Positions 8,100 to 14,365 of a stretch of DNA of 15,140 bases are shown piece by piece; position 1 is the stretch's first letter, and every line of letters begins with the position of its first letter. Under the pieces are notes generated by a model. It saw nothing but the letters and a program-made list of their open reading frames with translations. It did no database searches and was not told the origin of the DNA. The position numbers were made by a program, and so were the translations under genes. Origin of the DNA: Candidatus Micrarchaeota archaeon (GTDB lineage Archaea > Micrarchaeota > Micrarchaeia > Anstonellales > Bilamarchaeaceae); the NCBI GenBank assembly GCA_040754495.1, contig JBFMCO010000023.1:1-15140 (forward strand), given 5' to 3'.

Positions 8100-8483
8100 C
8101 TAGTGCTCCTCAATCCCGACCACCCCGCCCATGTTCCGGATGACAATCTCTGAAGAATTTATCTGCGTCGTGTTTATCTGGTCCGTGAGAAGGGCGAAAT
8201 CCTGCACCGAGTTCCCGACCTCCACCAAAAGATACCTTCCTGAGACCGTGACGTTCGCGCTTCCCTTGGCGTATGAGAGGTTGTAGCTGGCGTTCTCCCC
8301 GCCAAGGTGCACGTTGTCTATCGCGAGCCCCAGCGTGTCAGCCACCTCCCTCGCGGCGAGGGTATCCCGCGTCTGCGCGAAATTCGAGAGCTGCGACATA
8401 GCGAGCGATACCGCTATGACGAAGACCAGCAGGTAGGCGGAGAGGGAAAGGAAGAACTCCTGCGAGAGCTGGCCCTTCATCAT
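8100..8483 (-). CDS. Minor pilin-like protein (class III signal), first gene of the operon
   Basis: MMKG|QLSQEFFLSLSAYLLVFVIAVSL has Q+1 and E+5. A TATA box lies ~24 nt upstream. Start is 8483 or 8480. Confidence 0.82.
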   Translation of the reverse strand: MMKGQLSQEFFLSLSAYLLVFVIAVSLAMSQLSNFAQTRDTLAAREVADTLGLAIDNVHLGGENASYNLSYAKGSANVTVSGRYLLVEVGNSVQDFALLTDQINTTQINSSEIVIRNMGGVVGIEEH

Positions 8484-8504
8484 ACTGCATAGACGGGCCA
8501 AATT

Positions 8505-8515
8505 GTATAAATGTT
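8505..8515 (-). promoter_or_regulatory. TATA box of the minor pilin operon
   Basis: The minus strand reads ACATTTATACA, ~22-30 nt upstream of ATG 8483. Confidence 0.55.
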
Positions 8516-8861
8516 ACCAGCGCCGTACGGCCTCTGACACCATGGCAGAGAACGCCCTGCTCTTTGCAATCATCACGGCCTTTATCTCCTTCTTGCCCTT
8601 GGCGCGGTACAGGTACTCGTAGCCTCCGCGGGAGCGGTTGCGCTGGTCGCGCTCGGCGAGGTTCTTTGCCATGAGCGAAGAGAGGCCCCGCTGCACGACC
8701 GAGCGGTCCTTGCGGGAGCGCGAGGCCAGCGCAGAGACCGGCATCCAGTCGCCGGCCTCCAGCAGCCGGAGGAACACGCGGACCTCGCGCTTCGAGAGGC
8801 CGAAGGAGCACGATAGGAGGTCTTCGGCCGAGAGGTCTATGCAGGTCATGTCTATTCCCAT
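8514..8861 (-). CDS. Winged-helix transcriptional regulator (TrmB-like/COG3355-type)
   Basis: DLLSCSFGLSKREVRVF...VSALASRSRKDRSVVQRGLSSL...RGGYEYLY gives an HTH plus wing pattern. Start is 8861 or 8849. Confidence 0.85.
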   Translation of the reverse strand: MGIDMTCIDLSAEDLLSCSFGLSKREVRVFLRLLEAGDWMPVSALASRSRKDRSVVQRGLSSLMAKNLAERDQRNRSRGGYEYLYRAKGKKEIKAVMIAKSRAFSAMVSEAVRRW

Positions 8862-8909
8862 ATCAGCACCTGTGCAATTTCGCCCTTGATTGGGCATTAC
8901 TCAGTCCGG

Positions 8910-8942
8910 TTTAAAAAAACGATTGTGCAGTAATTTTGCACA
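8910..8942 (+). promoter_or_regulatory. TATA box plus palindromic operator candidate in the divergent regulator/glutaredoxin spacer
   Basis: TTTAAAAA at 8910-8917, TGTGCA-N7-TGCACA at 8924-8942, and an extra TGTGCA half-site at 8871-8876. Confidence 0.55.
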
Positions 8943-8952
8943 GATGATTATC

Positions 8953-9318
8953 ATGGAAAGCGACAAGGAGCTTGATGCCATCAGGAAGAAAAAGCTCGAA
9001 TCGGGCAGGCAGCCCAGGCCCGCGGAGCCGGACGTCACCGTCTATTCCACCCCGACATGCCCGTATTGCACGATGGCGAAGGCCTATCTTGCGGGGAAGG
9101 GGGTGGAGTTCAGGGACATCGACGTGTCCAAGGACAGGGAGAAGGCCCGCGAGATGGTCATCCGGAGCGGTCAGGGCGGGGTCCCGGTGCTCGAGATAAA
9201 CGGCAGGATGATAGTCGGCTTCGACAGGCAGCTCATAGACGACGCGCTCGCGAGGAAGCCGCCGCCGAAAAGGGATGAATTCCTCCAGAACATCTTCTTC
9301 GACCCGTTCAGTAAATGA
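8953..9318 (+). CDS. Glutaredoxin/NrdH-redoxin family protein
   Basis: VTVYSTPTCPYC active site, GGVPV cis-Pro motif and IVGFD. Start moved to MESDKE (8953), downstream of the TATA box. Confidence 0.92.
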   Translation: MESDKELDAIRKKKLESGRQPRPAEPDVTVYSTPTCPYCTMAKAYLAGKGVEFRDIDVSKDREKAREMVIRSGQGGVPVLEINGRMIVGFDRQLIDDALARKPPPKRDEFLQNIFFDPFSK

Positions 9319-10105
9319 CGATTACGGGCTCGTAGTACTTGCGCACGTTCCCGCCGTAAAGCCGGCTCTCGAGCATGCGCTGGAGCTCGGATGTCGCCTC
9401 GCTTTTCGAGCGATGCAGCCAGCCGAGCTTCATGTTCAGCCTGATGATGCGGTCAGGGATGAGGTGGCGCGTTGATTTCGGCGGGAAGGGCGTGTGGGCC
9501 TGCGCCGCCTTGATTATCTCGTCCTTGGTGTATGCGCGCCGGTAGAAGACGGATTTGCCCGCGGCCTGCTTCTTCTCGATCTCCTGCTCCGGGATATATT
9601 CCACGCTCCCTTTTTCGAGAAGGGAGAAGACGTAGTTCTGCTCCTCGACCATCTCCATGAGCTTGTAGCTTCCGGGGTTTATGAGATGGCACTCCTTGTC
9701 CTTCGACATCAGCATGAACGGGGCCTTCAGGCCATCGACCGCTTCCTTCCCGGCCTCGTAATCGACCTTCTCGTGCTTGAGCGAATCCAGGTGGAATATC
9801 TCGTCCGGGCTGAGGGCCACGACAGGATACCAGGTGCCGACGGATATGAGGTCGCTCTGGTAGTCCACGACCTGGCAGGTGGCGTGCGGGCATTCTATTA
9901 TCTCAAGGACCTTCAGGCGGTGGTTCCCGTCAAGGACTACGCCGGAGTTCTTGTCGACAATCAGGGGGTCGACGAGCTGGCCGATGTTGAGCATGGCCTC
10001 CTTGAGCCTCTTCAGGTTGTAGGAGATGACTTGCTCGTGGGAGAGAAGCTGCTTGACTTCCCAGATTTCCAGGTTCCGTAGCATCTCGTCTGCCAGTTCG
10101 GACAT
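9308..10105 (-). CDS. serK: SerK-like ADP-dependent free L-serine kinase (ParB/Srx fold)
   Basis: HEQ, DGNHR, DY...V.TWYP and R...TKDEI...PKSTRH..P appear in the same order as the motifs I recall for Thermococcus kodakarensis SerK (HEQ, DGHHR, DY...VYTWYP, PKTTRH). Confidence 0.82.
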   Translation of the reverse strand: MSELADEMLRNLEIWEVKQLLSHEQVISYNLKRLKEAMLNIGQLVDPLIVDKNSGVVLDGNHRLKVLEIIECPHATCQVVDYQSDLISVGTWYPVVALSPDEIFHLDSLKHEKVDYEAGKEAVDGLKAPFMLMSKDKECHLINPGSYKLMEMVEEQNYVFSLLEKGSVEYIPEQEIEKKQAAGKSVFYRRAYTKDEIIKAAQAHTPFPPKSTRHLIPDRIIRLNMKLGWLHRSKSEATSELQRMLESRLYGGNVRKYYEPVIVIY

Positions 10106-10125
10106 AACCCGACTGTGGGCACATA

Positions 10126-10136
10126 TGTTTAAAAGC
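10126..10136 (-). promoter_or_regulatory. TATA box of serK
   Basis: The minus strand reads GCTTTTAAAC, ~21-30 nt upstream of ATG 10105. Confidence 0.55.
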
Positions 10137-10199
10137 TATCGGAATGCCATGCGACGGATGACGAAATCGGGGGCGATAAATTTCACGCCAGGGGGGCAG

Positions 10200-10263
10200 C
10201 GTTTCCGGCACCCTGTTTCCGGCATCCCGTACTGGAAACCGGAAACCCGAGACCGGAAACCGC
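10200..10263. repeat. Heptamer-periodic inverted repeat, copy D
   Basis: gtttccg gcaccct gtttccg gcatccc gtactg gaaaccg gaaaccc gagaccg gaaaccg. Confidence 0.75.
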
Positions 10264-10338
10264 ATAAGATTAGCAGTTATGGCGAAGAAAAAAGAAGCTA
10301 CTGCGAGCACGAGGTGCGAGCTAACAGGAAGTTTTGGG

Positions 10339-10359
10339 CCGCCTTTTACTAAAAGGCGG
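10339..10359. terminator. Perfect hairpin downstream of the tRNA
   Basis: ccgcctttt-act-aaaaggcgg: 9-bp stem, 3-nt loop. Confidence 0.5.
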
Positions 10360-10360
10360 A

Positions 10361-10380
10361 TGCGACCGCCGGGAATTGAA
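10361..10380 (-). repeat. 20-bp direct repeat of the tRNA-Gly 3' end
   Basis: tgcgaccgccgggaattgaa at 10361-10380 is identical to 10419-10438. Confidence 0.9.
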
Positions 10381-10418
10381 TCCCAATTCCCGGGGGACCC
10401 AAAATTTTAGAAAAATTT

Positions 10419-10489
10419 TGCGACCGCCGGGAATTGAACCCGGTCCGCGAGATTGGCAACCTCGAATCATACCGATAGACTACGGTCGC
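10419..10489 (-). tRNA. tRNA-Gly(GCC), no encoded CCA
   Basis: The minus strand folds as GCGACCG/CGGTCGC acceptor stem, anticodon arm CGAGG-TTGCCAA-TCTCG, T arm CCGGG-TTCAATT-CCCGG and discriminator A; 71 nt. Confidence 0.95.
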
Positions 10490-10618
10490 ATAAACAGTTC
10501 ATGGACAGGGGACGCGCTCTCCTCTGCCGCACAAAAAGCGAGAAAAGGTTGTTTGATAAGTAATTAAATAATATCGAATCCCGTGCCCCACATACAAAAA
10601 AAACCACAAATAAAAACA

Positions 10619-10626
10619 TTTATAAA
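10619..10626 (+). promoter_or_regulatory. TATA box for the large orphan gene
   Basis: TTTATAAA, 25 nt upstream of ATG 10652. Confidence 0.6.
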
Positions 10627-10651
10627 CTGTTTCCGGGATATTCATAGGCGT

Positions 10652-12967
10652 ATGACCGGTCAGAAGAAGGGAGGGGGCTCGCTCACTGAGAGGTATGGCA
10701 TTCCTCCGGTAACGGATGCCAGGCTCTTATCGTGCAGGATGCTGACCCGTCCGCCTTCCACCGACGCAGCGCCGGCCCCGCGCATCTGCTCCCAACCCGA
10801 GGCCGAAGAGCCGATTCTGCTTAAAAGGAAGACCAGCCGCCCGCCGCCTCCGCCGCCAGCGAATGGCCGCAGGAGCGAGCGGACGATGGAGCTCGACGAT
10901 GAGGCGCTGTTTGGCATAGTCGAAGGCTCCGGCAGCCAGCCTACAGATGAAGTCTCGGGCGGCGACATACTGTCTGAGGAGCCTATCCGGCCATCCCCAG
11001 AAGGGCAGGCCCAGCCAGCCGGCGCAGCGAGGAGCGAGCGGACGATGGAGCTGCGCGCCGATGAGATTATTGACGTTACAGAAGGCTCCGGCAGCCAGCC
11101 CATAAAAGTCACAACCGCGGACATAGTCGTGGAGCCTGCGCCGGCAAAGAGCAGGCCTCCGCCGGTACCGCCCCCGCGGGAAAGGCCGAAGACGGTCAGG
11201 CCGCCACCGGCCAGGGAGCCGAGCGAATCGCTCATCACGTCTCTTGCGGACCTCCAGAGGCTGGGCGCGGAGCCGAGAATACGTGAGGCGCCGGCAGCCC
11301 CGCCGGCCGTTTCGACGAATTCGGTCGAGGTTTCGCTTAAGGACCTGCTCAGGCTTGAAGAAGAGAGGGTAGCGGCCGAGAAAGCTGGCAGGGAGGCGAA
11401 GGAGAGGGCCGCGCAGGAGCTGTCGGACAAAAGGTCCGGATTCCTCGGCGTGCTAAAGGCCAGGAAGGACGCCGAGCAAAGAAAGATTGACGATGAGTGC
11501 GAGGCGCTGGAGCGCGAGGAGGCATCGAGAGCCGTGGACGAGCTGCTGGAGGGCCTTGAGCCTGACACTGCCGATGCTCCTGTGGAGGAGGCGAAGCCGC
11601 CTTCGATGGAGATAAGCATCTCGGTTGAAATGGTGCTCGGGATTCCATGGGACGAGGCGCATGCCACTTACAGGCTGGACGAGGGGGAGATTTCCGCGAG
11701 CGAAAGCGTTCTTCCAGAAAGGGCGCTGCGCTGGCTGCTTCCGGTCCCGCCGATAGACACGGAGGACGCGGCCGGGAGGTCTGTGCTCGACCGCTTCGCG
11801 AAAGAGCCCACCGTAACGCTCAATGGCAAAAGATACTATGTCATAAGCGGCGAGGAAGGATTCGCGGACGCGCGCAGGGTGGCGCGGACCGGGAATACTC
11901 TGCACATCTGGCAGAGCGCCATGGTGGATTACGAATTCCTTGGCGAGCGCGACCCTTCCGGAGCGACGCTCATGACCGGCGAATGGTCGCTCGACTTGCG
12001 TTTCCACAAGCTCAGCGAAGAGGAGATTGCAGCCTTCGGCCACGCGCTCCCGGAGGGAAAGCCGCTCTGGCTCCACCCGCTCCCCGATTCTGCGGTGCAG
12101 GGGGACATGGAGAAGGCGGTGCTGGAGGCATGCGCGCGGATGCAGGCGAAGCGCGTGCGGCTAAACGGCAGGGAATACTTCGTCTTCGAGGTAAAGGACA
12201 TCGAGGAGTGGCGCTCGGTGACGTTCATGTTCGAGAAGACGCGCCTCGCTTCCAGGAAGGACCAGTACCTGAACATCTGGCCCGAGGCCGAGAACGGGCA
12301 GAAGCTCCTCTCGGCAGATCACGGCTTCGGCATGACCTATTACGGCCCTGCAGGGCCTCCGCTCATGCCGCAGGGCGGGTTCGTGAGGCCGCATGGCATG
12401 GAGCTCGAGCACCTGGTCTTCCTCTATGAAGGGGGGAAGAAGAGATACCTCTACGCCATGCCTGACAAATTAGGCGATTTGGATGCGGACACGCTGAACT
12501 TCCTCGTATCGGTCGGCAACCGGGAAATCGAGCTTACCGGCCACACCCCGCTCGTCTCCCTCCAGGGCAGGTGGTACATGGCGCTCCAGTACCCGATTCC
12601 GGAATCAAGGGCGACGTCCATGGAAGGCAACCGGATAAGGGTGTTCCCGAAGGCCATCAGCCCGAGGGACGCGCTCGAGGAAGTGAAGAAGAAGCTGCAG
12701 GAGAAGAGGAAGGACAGGGAGCCGCCCCAGATACTCCTGCCGAGCGTGGCCGAATACCGGGTGCCGCTGCTGCGGATGTTCCCCGAGGGGGAGCCCCGCT
12801 ACCTGGTTTATGTGGAGCCCTCATCGCGCCACCTTGTGCGCGACAAGCCCATCGTCTCGCTCTTCCGCGAGGGGGAGAGGGACACCTACCTGGTCCTTAC
12901 CGAGCCGCACGAAGGGGCGGTCGCGGTCGTCAGGCGCAGGGATATCATCGTGCCGCTCGAATCCTGA
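10652..12967 (+). CDS. Large hypothetical protein (~771 aa): Pro-rich disordered N-terminus with a tandem repeat, charged coiled coil and repeated C-terminal domains
   Basis: Long ORF with host-like codon usage. Start moved to MTGQKK on the basis of the TATA box position. No recognisable family. Confidence 0.8.
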   Translation: MTGQKKGGGSLTERYGIPPVTDARLLSCRMLTRPPSTDAAPAPRICSQPEAEEPILLKRKTSRPPPPPPANGRRSERTMELDDEALFGIVEGSGSQPTDEVSGGDILSEEPIRPSPEGQAQPAGAARSERTMELRADEIIDVTEGSGSQPIKVTTADIVVEPAPAKSRPPPVPPPRERPKTVRPPPAREPSESLITSLADLQRLGAEPRIREAPAAPPAVSTNSVEVSLKDLLRLEEERVAAEKAGREAKERAAQELSDKRSGFLGVLKARKDAEQRKIDDECEALEREEASRAVDELLEGLEPDTADAPVEEAKPPSMEISISVEMVLGIPWDEAHATYRLDEGEISASESVLPERALRWLLPVPPIDTEDAAGRSVLDRFAKEPTVTLNGKRYYVISGEEGFADARRVARTGNTLHIWQSAMVDYEFLGERDPSGATLMTGEWSLDLRFHKLSEEEIAAFGHALPEGKPLWLHPLPDSAVQGDMEKAVLEACARMQAKRVRLNGREYFVFEVKDIEEWRSVTFMFEKTRLASRKDQYLNIWPEAENGQKLLSADHGFGMTYYGPAGPPLMPQGGFVRPHGMELEHLVFLYEGGKKRYLYAMPDKLGDLDADTLNFLVSVGNREIELTGHTPLVSLQGRWYMALQYPIPESRATSMEGNRIRVFPKAISPRDALEEVKKKLQEKRKDREPPQILLPSVAEYRVPLLRMFPEGEPRYLVYVEPSSRHLVRDKPIVSLFREGERDTYLVLTEPHEGAVAVVRRRDIIVPLES

Positions 12968-13020
12968 GCGCGGAAACGGGCTGCCGTCTTGTTTTTATAC
13001 AAAGAATGAGAGGTGTCTAG

Positions 13021-13046
13021 ACTGGAGACCGGAAACTGAAAACGGG
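13021..13046. repeat. Heptamer repeat half-copy E in the nre/endonuclease leader
   Basis: actggagacc ggaaact gaaaacg has the same GAAAC-type arm as copies B and D. Confidence 0.55.
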
Positions 13047-13054
13047 TAACCCCA

Positions 13055-14365
13055 ATGTCTATCGGCAAGGGAGCGTATCTCAAAAAAATCACGGACGGCA
13101 TCCAGCGCTGGCGCACAGTGGAGGTGGGCGACAGTATGGACGGGTCAGAGTTATCCATTTCAAAATCCGTGATAGGTTTGGGGGATTTGCCCGGAGAGAA
13201 GGTTTATGTCCAACTAAACGACCAAACTAAAAAATGGCTTTTTGATACCGCCTTAAAATTATCGGGCGGTTATTCCAGGTTAGCCAAAGCCGTGGGATTG
13301 CCACTTAACAGAAGAGGCAAATGCAAAATTCTCGAATCTTCCCGCAAAAAAAAGATTCAACTCAATGTATTGAATCTGCTTGTACGATATCTTGAAACAA
13401 AGGGAATTGACAGCAGGAAGGAGATAGAAAGTTCGATAACTTTACTGGCCGTGAAAAGAGGTAGCTCTAGAAAAGGCGCAAATTGCCTTTACAGGCCTAA
13501 AATTCCGTTTGATTTCTCCACAGAATCAGGCGCAACTGTAATTTCTGCGTTATTGCACGATGGCGGGATAGATTCCAGGCTGCACCCCCACTATTGCAAT
13601 CCATTAGACAAAAATTTACGAATAAAAGTCTCAGAAGCATTTCGGAAGGTTTTCGGTGAGTTTGACTTTTTAAGAGCGGAGCCTGAAAAAAACGGCCAGT
13701 TATACTTTCCAAAAATTGTCGGTGTGGTGCTTGTTTATGGACTTGGTATGATGTGCGGAAGAAAGGTAACGAATAATCCCGGAGTCCCTGATTTTATCTT
13801 CATTGCATCGGAAAAGGTACGGTCAGCATTTTTGCGGCAGGCATTTGATGATGAGGCATATGTACACCGCAAATACAGATATATCTCATTAAAATTGGCT
13901 TCAGCGAGCAACGGACCATCCAGATTGCTACTGGATTTACAGAAGATATTGGCGGGCCTTGGTATCAAATCCTACGGCCCGAGGTTTTGTGAAACATACG
14001 CGGACACAAATGGGATCGTTGCCACAAAATGGGCCGTTGAAATCCATCACCATGAGAATCTTCTCAAATTCCTGAACTTGGTGGGATTTGAGTCGGTAGA
14101 TAAACAAGCTAGGCTAAAGGAGATTGTAGCCGCTCTTAAACAGCCGCATTTTGCCCTGAAGGAAAAGCCGGGAATACTCTTGGAAGCATGCAGGAAAGTC
14201 CAGGGGACCAATAATTTCATAACCAGCCGTGAGCTGGCTTTGAAGTTAAACAGAAGTCAGGCACTTGCAAAAAAGGAGATAAGAAGGTTACGAAGAGATG
14301 GAAAGTTGGCATTAGTTGGAAGGAAAAGAGGAAATGGCGCAGCTAGATACGTCATGGTGGGGTAA
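13055..14365 (+). CDS. LAGLIDADG homing endonuclease fused in frame to the first 31 codons of host nre, with flanking HTH-like domains
   Basis: Motif 1 ISALLHDGG (13541-13567) and motif 2 [10 protein letters not shown] (13829-13858). HTH-like segments [13 protein letters not shown] and [24 protein letters not shown]. The N-terminus [13 protein letters not shown]...MDGS matches the downstream nre start. Confidence 0.88.
   Translation: MSIGKGAYLKKITDGIQRWRTVEVGDSMDGSELSISKSVIGLGDLPGEKVYVQLNDQTKKWLFDTALKLSGGYSRLAKAVGLPLNRRGKCKILESSRKKKIQLNVLNLLVRYLETKGIDSRKEIESSITLLAVKRGSSRKGANCLYRPKIPFDFSTESGATVISALLHDGGIDSRLHPHYCNPLDKNLRIKVSEAFRKVFGEFDFLRAEPEKNGQLYFPKIVGVVLVYGLGMMCGRKVTNNPGVPDFIFIASEKVRSAFLRQAFDDEAYVHRKYRYISLKLASASNGPSRLLLDLQKILAGLGIKSYGPRFCETYADTNGIVATKWAVEIHHHENLLKFLNLVGFESVDKQARLKEIVAALKQPHFALKEKPGILLEACRKVQGTNNFITSRELALKLNRSQALAKKEIRRLRRDGKLALVGRKRGNGAARYVMVG

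Noticed and set aside
1887-8483. Archaellum operon
   Set aside because: No archaellin-like sequence or arlC-G genes are present. Two TadC-like genes plus a minor pilin cassette fit a type IV pilus.
9308-10105. ParB chromosome partition protein
   Set aside because: No HTH or dimerisation domain and no parA. The HEQ, TWYP and PKSTRH motifs fit SerK.
1035-10263. CRISPR array interpretation of the recurring repeats
   Set aside because: Units are 7-nt, degenerate and dispersed. There are no constant 25-40 nt repeats with unique spacers and no cas genes.
10279-10410. 43-aa ORF MAKKKEATAS… downstream of the tRNA
   Set aside because: Runs through hairpins and the tRNA-derived repeat, with no clear promoter, SD or recognisable motif.
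10583-10651. Upstream extensions in the ORF track (also 1853-1918, 4328-4585, 8096-8146, 8890-8952)
   Set aside because: They overlap TATA boxes, terminator tracts or neighbouring genes. Downstream ATGs fit promoter spacing and translational coupling better.
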